Origin: Minisyncoccota bacterium
GTDB taxonomy: Bacteria; Patescibacteriota; Minisyncoccia; Phycocordibacterales; UBA2100
DNA: 53,365 nucleotides
Reading direction: 5' to 3'
Assembly: GCA_036517335.1 (NCBI GenBank)
Contig: DATDWX010000020.1
Span: 1 to 53,365, forward strand
The notes beneath the pieces were generated by a model. The model had not been told where the DNA came from. It searched no databases and saw nothing but the letters and a program-made list of their open reading frames with translations. The position numbers were made by a program, and so were the translations under genes. Shown piece after piece: positions 25,455 to 34,159 of this stretch (its first letter is position 1; the number at the start of each line of letters is the position of its first letter).

Positions 25455-25625
25455 GCTTATCGCAAGTAAGTGGCGTATTCCGTCACCGAAGCATAGGTAG
25501 TCTTGAGGAGCCCTGCGGGGCTTTTCTGATATGTAGGAGCGCACAGAAGCTCGTCGTGGGGGCATGAAATCAAAAGTTGGACGAGACAAAAGAAGCTGGA
25601 GTTGATACAGCTTGCTCGTTCTTGA
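25455..25625 (+). pseudogene. Decayed 3' remnant of a GIY-YIG (UPF0213) paralogue
   Basis: GACAAAAGAAGCTGGAGTTGATACAG differs by 1 nt from 18613-18638. EIKSWTRQKKLELIQ parallels EIKGWTRQKKLELIQ. The upstream part contains stop codons. Confidence 0.7.
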
Positions 25626-25634
25626 ATAGCAGAT

Positions 25635-25647
25635 GGCACCCGACACC
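25635..25647 (+). repeat. Degenerate GTACCTGACAC-type motif, copy D
   Basis: GGCACCCGACACC versus GGTACCTGACACC (2 mismatches). Occupies the same position relative to the GIY-YIG remnant as copy A does to the intact gene. Confidence 0.5.
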
Positions 25648-25708
25648 ATTGTCCTCATGTGCGCATCCTAACACCTAAAAAATGATGCGAACGAGTTATA
25701 CTCTTGCA

Positions 25709-25738
25709 TTTTGCAAAGACTGGAACGCGGTTTATAAT
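25709..25738 (+). promoter_or_regulatory. Promoter (includes 18-mer copy 2) for a leaderless transcript
   Basis: TTGCAA, 16 nt, TATAAT, then 6 nt to ATG 25745. Confidence 0.55.
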
Positions 25739-25744
25739 CTCCGT

Positions 25745-26029
25745 ATGGCAAAGAAGGCAAAGAAGATGACTTTGGAGACGCTCGCCACCCATATCGACGG
25801 CCGTTTTGAAAAGATTGAGACCCTTATGGAACGAGGTTTTTCCGCAGTAGCAGAAGACATCGGTGATATCAAGCACGGCATCACGAAGCTCGCTACAAAA
25901 GAAGGGGTTGTGGTCGTCCACGAACAGGTCAATTCAATTGAAAGCCAACTCCGTGGTATGAAGTATATAAAGCTCGAGGGTCGCATCGCCGACGTGGAAG
26001 AAAAACTTTTCGGCAAAGTCCGCGCCTAA
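25745..26029 (+). CDS. Hypothetical coiled-coil-like protein (94 aa)
   Basis: MAKKAKKMTLETLATHIDGRFEKIETLMERGF... Internal start preferred because of the promoter geometry. Confidence 0.5.
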   Translation: MAKKAKKMTLETLATHIDGRFEKIETLMERGFSAVAEDIGDIKHGITKLATKEGVVVVHEQVNSIESQLRGMKYIKLEGRIADVEEKLFGKVRA

Positions 26030-26246
26030 CCTGATCGGACTCTCTAGAGACAGACTGATATCGTTTCCCCGTTAGTGTCAAAAAACACCCTTAATCCGAA
26101 GATGCCCCATCCCCATCGTTTTCGATATCTGTCTGCCGCAAGCCGCTGGGGGTTTTGGAAAGTGAATGGACTGCTTGATGTGATGGCAATCCTGTGTTAT
26201 GGATTGGCTAGGCAAACCTGCCTAAAGCTTGCGAGAGGAAGCTACC

Positions 26247-26504
26247 ATGCAGGCAGTAGTCGGAACCATCGTGCTCATCATTTTGTGCCTCGGTGCGGTC
26301 TTTCTTAACCTCCGATGGAAGGGCGTCATGGCAAAGATTTGGCGGCTTCCGGGCGATTTTGGCATCGCGATTGTCGCAGGCTATGGCTGCCTGGCAATCC
26401 TCGGAGGTACCCTGTGGGGCATCTCGTGGATTGGAATCAAGCTGCACGAAATCCTCCCGTGGCTTGTTGGTGCGGTGCTGTATCCATGGCACTGGATATT
26501 TTAG
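26247..26504 (+). CDS. Small membrane protein (85 aa, 3 TM)
   Basis: GAGAGGAAG lies upstream of the ATG (MQAVVGTIVLIILCLGAVFL...). Confidence 0.55.
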   Translation: MQAVVGTIVLIILCLGAVFLNLRWKGVMAKIWRLPGDFGIAIVAGYGCLAILGGTLWGISWIGIKLHEILPWLVGAVLYPWHWIF

Positions 26505-26522
26505 TCGAGTTTGCCGTCGGTG

Positions 26523-26562
26523 GACTCCGCGCTTGCTTTTGCGCGGAGTCGTCCCTTTTTTA
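26523..26562 (+). terminator. Intrinsic terminator
   Basis: GACTCCGCGC-TTGCTTTT-GCGCGGAGTC followed by GTCCCTTTTTTA. Confidence 0.85.
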
Positions 26563-26643
26563 TGAGGGGCCAGTACATCATCAACCCTGATGCGCTAGAG
26601 GAGTGCGGGTAGCAGCTTGGTTTTTGAGCTGTACAATGCATCT

Positions 26644-26913
26644 ATGGAAAAGTTTAATGTTTTTGCGCTCGCGAACACGTTGGCAATAATTGATCTCATT
26701 TTGCACCCGCTGTTCCATTTGTGGATCTCTATATCTCCTCAATCGTACGAATGGCTTATGCATATTTTCGTTGCAGGTTTGCAGCTTCAGGTCACGGAAT
26801 TCGATTCCAGCTTTAGTCACATCGTATCCGGAACAATAGTTGAGGCGGCCGCTTTTTGGGGTCTCGGCGCGGCGATTGCTCTGATTTATAACCGTCTCAT
26901 AAAGCAAAAGTGA
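26644..26913 (+). CDS. Small membrane protein (89 aa)
   Basis: MEKFNVFALANTLAIIDLILHPLFHLW... Two or three hydrophobic helices. Confidence 0.5.
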   Translation: MEKFNVFALANTLAIIDLILHPLFHLWISISPQSYEWLMHIFVAGLQLQVTEFDSSFSHIVSGTIVEAAAFWGLGAAIALIYNRLIKQK

Positions 26914-27007
26914 AGAGGAAATTCGAAGTATGATCGCTTACCGTGTTCTTGAGAAATGTCGAAATGTTAGCCAGCCTGAACGATTTTAGTGTCTTCTAAA
27001 TCTCACA

Positions 27008-27619
27008 ATGAACAAAACGCGACTTGAAAACCTGACCGACGGCGTGTTTGCGATCGTCATGACGCTGCTTGTCATTGAGATCAAAGTGCCCGAAGTGCAT
27101 GGGCCTCTCGTGGAAGCGCTCGCCGATCTCACGCCGCTTTTCATCAGCTATTTTCTAAGCTTTGCGGTACTCTCGGCATTCTGGCTCTCTCATCATGGCC
27201 TTTTTCACCTCTTCATCCGTACGATCAATCGGCCACTCATTCAGCTCAACATCCTCTATCTTTCCTTCATATCGCTGATCCCATTTTCAGCGCATCTTCT
27301 CGGCTCGCATCCCCACGAGCAATTCGCGGTGATGTGGTATGGCGCAAATATTCTACTCGCGGGCCTTGGAGCCGTGGGTCTTTTTTGCTATGCCATCCAG
27401 TGCCGCGAGATCGAAAATGTCGACTTCAGCAAACGCATGATGCGACAAGCAGCAGTACGCTACACGCTTTACCCCACGATGGCGGTGCTAGGGATTGCCG
27501 CGTCATTCGTCTCAATCCCGGCCGCTATTATTCTCTATCTCGTGCCTGTCATTATCAACGCGATCCCCGGAAGCCTCAATTTTCTCGAGAAGCTCCTGCG
27601 TTTCCGCATTCCCGAATGA
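27008..27619 (+). CDS. TMEM175/DUF1211-family potassium channel homologue
   Basis: The N-terminal signature RLENLTDGVFAIVMTLLVIEIKVP matches RxxxFSDGVFAIAITLLVLE. Six TM segments. Confidence 0.8.
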   Translation: MNKTRLENLTDGVFAIVMTLLVIEIKVPEVHGPLVEALADLTPLFISYFLSFAVLSAFWLSHHGLFHLFIRTINRPLIQLNILYLSFISLIPFSAHLLGSHPHEQFAVMWYGANILLAGLGAVGLFCYAIQCREIENVDFSKRMMRQAAVRYTLYPTMAVLGIAASFVSIPAAIILYLVPVIINAIPGSLNFLEKLLRFRIPE

Positions 27620-27671
27620 AGCCGCCGCGCCGCTTTACAAAAACGGAACATATATGGCATGATGGGGGCAT

Positions 27672-28334
27672 ATGATGAAATACATAACGGGGCTCGTGAT
27701 ATTAATCGTTGTTATTGGTGGCGGATACTATCTTCTGCAAGGTCAAAAAGGTGCTGAAATGACGCCGCCTACAGATGAAAACACTCCCGCAATGGGCATG
27801 GCGACCTCTACATATGCCACTTCTACCTTCTCAATCGTCTACCCAGCTGACTACACGGTGGACGAATCCTACGTGTATGACCAGGTAAATCCCAAGAAAC
27901 CGATCAGCGGCGTGAAATTTACCATTCCCATGACGATGGCGACCGGCACCAATCTCGCGAGCGACACCTACACGGCGGTTGAGTGGCTACCGAATGCCAA
28001 GAGCTGTACGGGCGACATTTACCTTGCGGCGAATGTGAAGTCGGAGTCACTGGTAGACGCCAACGGTGTCACGTATTCTGTCGCGACCAGCTCGGGCGCT
28101 GCGGCAGGTAATCTCTATGAAGAAGCGGTCTACGCGCTCCCGGGTAGCTCACCGTGCACCGCCGTGCGTTACTACATCCACTCTTCGGATATCCATAATT
28201 ATGAGCCGGGTGCCGTGCAGGAGTTCAACCGCGCTGCACTCGTTGCCGCGTTCGATACCATTCGCCAATCAATGACCGTGGGCCCCGCAGCTCCCGCCGC
28301 GCCCGCTGCGATGCCGGACACTACGACCCCATAG
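27672..28334 (+). CDS. Signal-anchored hypothetical protein (220 aa)
   Basis: TM YITGLVILIVVIGGGYYLL and a low-complexity PAAPAAPAAMP tail. Confidence 0.6.
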   Translation: MMKYITGLVILIVVIGGGYYLLQGQKGAEMTPPTDENTPAMGMATSTYATSTFSIVYPADYTVDESYVYDQVNPKKPISGVKFTIPMTMATGTNLASDTYTAVEWLPNAKSCTGDIYLAANVKSESLVDANGVTYSVATSSGAAAGNLYEEAVYALPGSSPCTAVRYYIHSSDIHNYEPGAVQEFNRAALVAAFDTIRQSMTVGPAAPAAPAAMPDTTTP

Positions 28335-28350
28335 CATCGAAGGTACGTAC

Positions 28351-28583
28351 ATGAACGCTCGGTACATTGGGGGCGGCAAAGCGCTCATGGTGCTCGCGGC
28401 TGCCCTCTGGTACTTCGTGCCCCCAGCCCCACCTCCTCGATCCGCAACTACCCGTCTCAAGGCACCGACATCGTTGCTTTCGGCCGCCAGGAATTTATGT
28501 TCGATCAAGTGCATCCCAACGATGCAGGATATGCCAAAATCGCCACCAAAATGTATCCAATCCTCGCGCCGCTCCTGAAATGA
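28351..28583 (+). pseudogene. Frameshifted C-terminal remnant of an SGNH/GDSL hydrolase gene
   Basis: The phase ending at TGA 28581-28583 reads ...DIVAFGRQEFMFDQVHPNDAGYAKIATKMYPILAPLLK (block V DxxHPN motif). It has no start codon, and the upstream part sits in another phase. Confidence 0.5.
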
Positions 28584-28620
28584 TTCCTAAAAGGGGGAAT
28601 GTATGCAATGATGAACCCAT

Positions 28621-28887
28621 ATGGATCTCACTAAAGTACCGAAACAATTTTGCGAGAATATTTCCGTCGCCTTTTCACAGGAGTTTTACGTAATGGCGAT
28701 GTTGACGGGCGAAAACGGCATTGCCTACGCGCTCTCTCCCCAACACATGAAGCGCCTTGCGCAGTACCTTGCCCACCAAATAGCGGATTATGAAAAGCAG
28801 TTCGGCGAGATCAAGGCCGAGTGGAAGCCGGGCATCCAGAGCCCTATCCAGACAAAGGATGTGATGGGAGGTGGCGCCAAGCAATAA
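28621..28887 (+). CDS. DUF3467-like protein
   Basis: FCENISVAFSQEFYVMAM...ALSPQHMKRLAQYLAHQIADYEKQFGEI fits my recollection of DUF3467. Confidence 0.5.
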   Translation: MDLTKVPKQFCENISVAFSQEFYVMAMLTGENGIAYALSPQHMKRLAQYLAHQIADYEKQFGEIKAEWKPGIQSPIQTKDVMGGGAKQ

Positions 28888-28938
28888 TCGCGAGCACCGT
28901 CAATTCCGCAACGGCGGGATCTGTGAGAATATAGACGT

Positions 28939-29661
28939 ATGGCAGATAAGGAATATCGGTTCGTTCCACACGTAGGGGTCGCCAAGGCCACCAGTGATCT
29001 GAATGTCCGAAAGGGTGCCCCTACCACGAAGTCCGTCCCCATTGCGCGGCTCGCTCAAGCGCCGACCACACTCTCATATATCGGCTATGTAAATGATGGT
29101 GAGGTGATAGGCAACACCGGAAAGTGGTTCGTCACCCCGGAAGGTGATTTCTTTTGGTCAGGTGCGGTGTCTACGGAAGGCAACATACTTGCGCCGAGCA
29201 CCGACCGCTGTTTGTCGAAGCCGCTCGACCAGCTCATATGCACCCAGCGGTTTGGTGAGCGACCGGCATACTACGCGCCGATCGGATCCCCTGGCGGGCA
29301 CAATGGCATGGACTTTCGCACGCGGCAGGTTTCCGGCAGCTGGACCGTGCCTGTTTACGCAGCGCTTGAAGGCACGGTCGCCGAAGCCACCGAGAATACG
29401 GTAAGCGGCAGATTCATCCGCATCGATCACCCCAATGGATTCCAGACCGTGTACCTCCACCTCTCCGAAGTCAAGGTGAAGCAAGGCGACACTGTGAAGA
29501 CGGGGCAGCAAATCGCGGTTTCCGGTAATTCCGGCTCCGCCGCTGAAGCGCCGCGCTTGCACTTCGGCTACCGCCCGCAAAAATTCGATCAGGCGAGCGG
29601 CTTCATGGGCTTCGTAGACCCCGCTCCGTATTTTCTCGACCCCGTCCACTACGTGACGTAG
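28939..29661 (+). CDS. M23-family peptidoglycan metalloendopeptidase with N-terminal SH3-like domain
   Basis: GGHNGMDF (HxxxD), VYLHLSE, APRLHFGY (HxH-type). Confidence 0.8.
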   Translation: MADKEYRFVPHVGVAKATSDLNVRKGAPTTKSVPIARLAQAPTTLSYIGYVNDGEVIGNTGKWFVTPEGDFFWSGAVSTEGNILAPSTDRCLSKPLDQLICTQRFGERPAYYAPIGSPGGHNGMDFRTRQVSGSWTVPVYAALEGTVAEATENTVSGRFIRIDHPNGFQTVYLHLSEVKVKQGDTVKTGQQIAVSGNSGSAAEAPRLHFGYRPQKFDQASGFMGFVDPAPYFLDPVHYVT

Positions 29662-29684
29662 CATGTGGTCCTAGGCGTAATGGT

Positions 29685-29978
29685 ATGCACCTGAATATCC
29701 CGCACAAGTTCTCCCGCGAGGAGGCGCTCGAGCGCGTGAAAAAAGTCCTCGTGGACGCCAGGCCACAACTCACAGGCAAGGCAACGATAGAAGAGGAGCG
29801 CTGGGAAAGCGACATCCTGCACTTCGCCTTTACCACGGAGGGGCAGCATATAAGTGGACAGCTCAAGGTGAAGGACAAGGAATTCGAGCTCGACGCAAAG
29901 CTACCACTCATGTTGCGGATGTTTGAGGGCAAAATAGAAAAAATGATCGCAGCCCAGGCTACACAGATATTGGGTTAG
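29685..29978 (+). CDS. PHA_gran_rgn-like small protein (putative polyhydroxyalkanoic acid system protein family)
   Basis: 97 aa. IPHKFSREEALERVKKVL...WESDILHFAF...ISGQLKVKDKEFELDAKLPLMLRMFEGKIEKMI fits the family layout as I recall it. Confidence 0.45.
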   Translation: MHLNIPHKFSREEALERVKKVLVDARPQLTGKATIEEERWESDILHFAFTTEGQHISGQLKVKDKEFELDAKLPLMLRMFEGKIEKMIAAQATQILG

Positions 29979-30006
29979 TAGGGCAAGGGGGGAGTATTAT
30001 GGCGGC

Positions 30007-30333
30007 ATGGGTGCTAGGGAGACGTACAAATTGCGCTCCAAGGTAGTGATCTGGCCCGTAGATCAGGGCGCGTGGCATTTTGTGCACCTGGATGCAAAAA
30101 AGTCGGAGGAGATAAAAAGGAAGCATGGTATGGTAAAAAGAGGATTCGGCTCGATTCCCGTGATGGCGACCATAGGCCAGACCACCTGGCAAACCTCCAT
30201 CTTCCCCGACAAACGATCCGGCACTTACCTCCTGCCCCTCAAAGTCAAAGTCCGTCAAGCCGAAGGCATTGCCGCGGATGACACGGTCTCATTCTTCATC
30301 ACCATCCGGGACCAGGGGAAGATGGAAAAATGA
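30007..30333 (+). CDS. DUF1905 domain protein
   Basis: GAWHFVHLD...GFGSIPVMATIGQTTWQTSIFPDKRSGTYLLPLKVKVR. Confidence 0.6.
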   Translation: MGARETYKLRSKVVIWPVDQGAWHFVHLDAKKSEEIKRKHGMVKRGFGSIPVMATIGQTTWQTSIFPDKRSGTYLLPLKVKVRQAEGIAADDTVSFFITIRDQGKMEK

Positions 30334-30398
30334 TTGCGGAGCAGGCTGGGCGGGTGTTGAGGTGGGGTATAATCCACGTGTTTCTCAGGAAAATAAAT

Positions 30399-31244
30399 AT
30401 GACACTCGTAAAACTTATTTTGAAGGCTATGCAAGACGCCGGAGGCCCACTTGCTCAGGGAGAAATTCTTGAGCGGGTTCTTACGAATCCCGAAAGCGAG
30501 CGATGCGAAGAACTGTCTCGCGTCAAAGTGCCCTTGTCTGCCGTGGCGAGACAGCTCACTAAATACTCAGGTGGATCGAGCCCGCTGTTTCAAAAAGTGG
30601 GCCCGCGTCGGTATCAAATTCTTTCGAGCGATATACCTCCCGAGACGCAAGTCATGGAGTCGGAGCTGCATCCCATTTTAGTAAGCTACGCCAATGCCCG
30701 CTTCAATGTTTATTGCAAAACAATCAACGCATTGAAAGTACAGAAGCGAAGAAATAATCAAATCAACAAATGGTCAAACCCAGATATTGTCGGAGTCAGT
30801 CCTGAAATCCTAAATCTTGGAGAAATTTTCCAAAATGAGGTGCGGAAGCTTGGTATATTTTCTACAAAGGTACTGCAATTTTATAGTTTTGAGTTGAAAT
30901 CGTCAATACACAAAAGTAATCTCACAGAATCATATTTCCAAGCTGTTTCCAATTCGAGTTGGGCCAACTTTGGCTACCTTGTCGTGGGAGATATGAGCAT
31001 GGACAAAGACTTTTTAGCAAATCTCTTTCGCCTGAACCATGGCTACGGTATTGGGGTAATCCACCTCAACTATAAAGATCCAACGCGTAGCGAAATCATC
31101 GTCTCAGCCAGAGAGCGAGAAGTGGCAGACATAAATTTTATGAATTTTCTTACAGAATCGAATGTGGACTTCAAAGATTTTGTTGAAGAGGCTCAAAAGA
31201 TTGTAAGCAGTGGAGATATCGACCAAAGCTTTTTCGACGTGTAA
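30399..31244 (+). CDS. HARE-HTH/winged-helix plus PD-(D/E)xK-like protein (COG2958/HrgA-like, from memory)
   Basis: N-terminal MTLVKLILKAMQDAGGPLAQGEILERVL. ESELHPILVSYANARFNVYCKTI. WSNPDIVGV...FYSFELKSS (D...ExK). FQAVSNSSWANFGYLVVGD. AGGA lies 8 nt upstream of ATG 30399. AT-rich. Confidence 0.6.
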   Translation: MTLVKLILKAMQDAGGPLAQGEILERVLTNPESERCEELSRVKVPLSAVARQLTKYSGGSSPLFQKVGPRRYQILSSDIPPETQVMESELHPILVSYANARFNVYCKTINALKVQKRRNNQINKWSNPDIVGVSPEILNLGEIFQNEVRKLGIFSTKVLQFYSFELKSSIHKSNLTESYFQAVSNSSWANFGYLVVGDMSMDKDFLANLFRLNHGYGIGVIHLNYKDPTRSEIIVSAREREVADINFMNFLTESNVDFKDFVEEAQKIVSSGDIDQSFFDV

Positions 31245-31247
31245 AAT

Positions 31248-31595
31248 ATGAAGAAAGAATATCTACTCATTGGCAGTAATAATTTCTGAGACGCGACGCA
31301 TGCCAACAAGCACGACGCAAAAACAGAAGCAAAAATATTGTTGCGGTGGAAGGCAGGAGGCAATCAAGGAAATACGTTCACTGATGTTGAACAATTCCTC
31401 AGGGAGGCAAATGAGTCCAGATTACCGGATACAGTTTTCATGGCAATTTGCGATGGTGAATTTTATGAGGGAAAGGGACCCTCAGGGTTAACTCGACTGC
31501 AGGAGCTTAAGGACATCGCCAACCGGCGCAATGTGTTTGCGATTTCGATTGATGAGCTCGACGATTTCCTTGTAAAGATCTGTACAAAGAAATAG
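31248..31595 (+). pseudogene. 115-codon reading frame with an in-frame TGA at codon 14 (pseudogene or recoded)
   Basis: The ATG lies 4 nt after the upstream stop. MKKEYLLIGSNNF-TGA(31287-31289)-DATHANKHDAKTEAKILLRWKAGGNQGNTFTDVEQFL... all read in one phase. The track only reports the TTG-started tail 31338..31595. Confidence 0.5.
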
Positions 31596-31606
31596 GTGGG
31601 GTATCA

Positions 31607-31948
31607 GTGTCGGGGGTATCGATGGCGGGTGGCATTTATTCGGGAAGGAGTATACTGGGGTCATTAGTAGCTTTCTTTATTTTTATGCATACAGATCCAA
31701 ACAAATCAGGGCTGGTGGGTGCGATCATGCTCGGTGGGTTGCATGTCGTGTGGTCATTATTCATAGGCTTAGGCTGGGCGCAATGGCTCCTCGATTTTTC
31801 CATGTGGGCGCACATGGCCCGCTTTCCGGTCGCCCTCGGCCCGTTTGACATGGTAGCGGCAGCGACGGTCATCGTGGTTGCCGCAATCCTCGGCTACTGC
31901 GCCCTGTACATCTTGGCGACGGTGTGGAACAAGGTACACGGCACCTAA
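31607..31948 (+). CDS. Small membrane protein (113 aa)
   Basis: GGTGGGG lies upstream of the GTG start. Three or four hydrophobic helices. Confidence 0.5.
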   Translation: MSGVSMAGGIYSGRSILGSLVAFFIFMHTDPNKSGLVGAIMLGGLHVVWSLFIGLGWAQWLLDFSMWAHMARFPVALGPFDMVAAATVIVVAAILGYCALYILATVWNKVHGT

Positions 31949-32116
31949 AATCCCTTCCGCCGCGCTGCGCCTGCTTAGGGGCCGTTCACGAATAACCTCC
32001 CAGTTATTTGGGATTACGACCCCTTGTGCCGCGTTCATATCATTAGGAAGTTATCGATGAACGCGGCCTTTTGAAAATATTGGTGCGGCAGGTATACTGC
32101 CTGCCATAAGTTTTTT

Positions 32117-32836
32117 ATGGCAAGGATCATCATAACGCTTGGAGTGTTGGTCGCATTGGTCGGTGGGGGACTTTGGTATTTTTCCGGTCGCGACGAAGGA
32201 GCGGCCGCAATCGAGGGGGAGGCCGCCCAGCAGGCAGCCGAGATGATGGCGTCGCTTAATCCAAATAGCGCGAGTGTACCGCCGACGGGGGAGGGCGCGA
32301 CCGTTGTACCTGTGGAGGAGGCACCAGCCCCGATTACCAAAAATAATACTCAAAAAATTATGCACGCTACATTGCACACCAATAAGGGGGACATTACGAT
32401 CGAATTTTTCGATGCGCAGGCGCCGAATACGGTCGCGAATTTCGTCAAACTCGCCGGGAGCGGTTTCTACAATGGCACCAAATTCCACCGTGTCATCAAG
32501 GGATTCATGATCCAAGGTGGCGATCCACTCACCAAAGACGACGCACAGATGGCGCGCTGGGGGACCGGCGGCCCAGGATATGCATTCAACGATGAGATAT
32601 ATGCGGGCAATAAAAATGATGTTGGCACCATTGCCATGGCCAATGCGGGCACCAACACCAACGGCAGTCAATTCTTCATCAACACGGCGCTCAACATTTC
32701 CCTTAATGACAAGCACACCGTCTTCGGCCGCGTCACGAGTGGCATGGATGTGGTGAGCGCGATCGAAAATACGAAAACAGGTGAAGCCGATAGACCGCTT
32801 GAGCCAATCAGTATCACCAGCATCTCGCTCAAGTAG
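32117..32836 (+). CDS. Membrane-anchored cyclophilin-type peptidyl-prolyl isomerase
   Basis: FHRVIKGFMIQGGDP, GTIAMANAGTNTNGSQFFI, HTVFGRV. N-terminal TM anchor. Confidence 0.9.
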   Translation: MARIIITLGVLVALVGGGLWYFSGRDEGAAAIEGEAAQQAAEMMASLNPNSASVPPTGEGATVVPVEEAPAPITKNNTQKIMHATLHTNKGDITIEFFDAQAPNTVANFVKLAGSGFYNGTKFHRVIKGFMIQGGDPLTKDDAQMARWGTGGPGYAFNDEIYAGNKNDVGTIAMANAGTNTNGSQFFINTALNISLNDKHTVFGRVTSGMDVVSAIENTKTGEADRPLEPISITSISLK

Positions 32837-32888
32837 CGACCTGCTTTCGCGGCCGGTGTGACAGCGGTGGGTATGGTAGTATTTCCCC

Positions 32889-33026
32889 ATGGATTCAATC
32901 GCGGTTTACTTGGGTACCATCCTCGCGTTCCTCCTACAGCTCCTCACCCTGTTGGTCAATTTCCTCATTTCGGTACTCAAACTCATCCTTAACTTTGCAC
33001 AATCGATCGTCGGCATAGCCCGCTGA
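32889..33026 (+). CDS. Micro-ORF, 45-aa hydrophobic peptide
   Basis: MDSIAVYLGTILAFLLQLLTLLVNFLISVLKLILNFAQSIVGIAR. TAGTAT lies 6 nt upstream of the ATG. Confidence 0.3.
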   Translation: MDSIAVYLGTILAFLLQLLTLLVNFLISVLKLILNFAQSIVGIAR

Positions 33027-33105
33027 CCTGCTTGACTAGCGTCTGGTAATCAAGCACAGTATCTGCGGCGTGTGTATTTGCACGCGGCTTAGAAAGGAGG
33101 TAGCT

Positions 33106-33483
33106 ATGGCTACCAAAACCCGTTCATCGACACTGCCCGAGGGGATCCGCATCCTCGGCAAAGCTCTGGTGACGCTCGCCGCCATGATTGTCATTGCGGG
33201 GATTTGGCGTCTCGTGTACGGCCCCGAACCTTCAGGCGTGGACGATGTGCTTCATGGCTTCGGTGCCATCCTGATCGCTCTGGCGTTTTACAGCACGGTC
33301 AACGACATCAAGCGTTTCCCTGTCGCCGCGGCTTTTGGTCTGGCGGTGGCGGTCCTTGCAACCTACTGGGCCGTCGGTGTCTATCTCCTCCCGAAGATCC
33401 TTAGCGCGCTCCCGTTCATGTTCGGCATTATCTGCGCGACATTCGCGGTGCGGTGGACGAGGAGCTCGGTTCACACCACCTGA
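33106..33483 (+). CDS. Membrane protein (125 aa, 4 TM)
   Basis: SD AGGAGG lies 5 nt upstream of the internal ATG (MATKTRSSTL...). Confidence 0.6.
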   Translation: MATKTRSSTLPEGIRILGKALVTLAAMIVIAGIWRLVYGPEPSGVDDVLHGFGAILIALAFYSTVNDIKRFPVAAAFGLAVAVLATYWAVGVYLLPKILSALPFMFGIICATFAVRWTRSSVHTT

Positions 33484-33590
33484 CGCGGCCGGCATGTTCT
33501 GGTACGCGAAGAGGACGGCACCAACCACTGGTGCCGTCCTTCTGCTATGGATTGTGTTCGTGCGAATACCTACTCGCTATACTTGGACGT

Positions 33591-34124
33591 ATGGCTATCA
33601 CGTATGATTTGAAGCGGAGTCTGCGTGCACGCAGGGTGCGGATCTCGGTGTATCCGGATTCTCGAGTAGTAGTGACGATACCGCGATTGTTCAGCGTACG
33701 CTCTGCCGAGAGGTTCTTGGCCAAACAAGCGCGGTGGATCGAGCACTCGCTCGCCCAAACGAGGGGCAAGAAAGTCATACCGCTCGCACGTGCGGACATT
33801 CCGGTTTTGAAAAAGCGCGCGGCAGCCTTGGCGGCCGCGCGCTGCACGTATTTTGCCAAGATGTATGGAGTGCGATTCAAGAAAATTTCAATATGCGCGC
33901 AGAAAAGCCGGTGGGGCAGCTGTTCCCGAAGCGGCGCTTTGAGCTTCAATTACAAAATTGCCGCACTGCCGGAGCATATCGCCGATTACATCATCGTGCA
34001 CGAGTTATGCCACTTGAGCGAAATGAACCACTCCAAAAAATTCTGGCACCTCGTGGCGCGCGAGGTGCCGGAGCATCGCGCAATCAGGAAAGAATTGCGC
34101 AATACTGTCATCATGTTTCGGTGA
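33591..34124 (+). CDS. YgjP/DUF45 (M48-like) metal-dependent hydrolase
   Basis: HELCHLSEMNHSKKFW. Start at MAITYDLKRSLRARRVRISV preferred over the track start at 33453. Confidence 0.75.
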   Translation: MAITYDLKRSLRARRVRISVYPDSRVVVTIPRLFSVRSAERFLAKQARWIEHSLAQTRGKKVIPLARADIPVLKKRAAALAAARCTYFAKMYGVRFKKISICAQKSRWGSCSRSGALSFNYKIAALPEHIADYIIVHELCHLSEMNHSKKFWHLVAREVPEHRAIRKELRNTVIMFR

Positions 34125-34159
34125 TAAAGGGCGGAAGGCATATATGCTACTATGCATAC

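Noticed and set aside
31287-31289. Genome-wide UGA reassignment (code 4 or 25) to explain the in-frame TGA.
   Set aside because: TGA clearly terminates well-supported genes in this window, for example otsB (14797-14799), obg (38851-38853) and the DEAD-box helicase (41645-41647).
32051-32890. 279-aa minus-strand ORF.
   Set aside because: It is antisense to the unambiguous cyclophilin gene. The same reasoning applies to 37753..38592 (antisense to obg), 34878..35480, 41823..42626, 43235..43852, 8037..8555, 17247..17834 and the many short antisense ORFs inside the ATPase, otsA and otsB.
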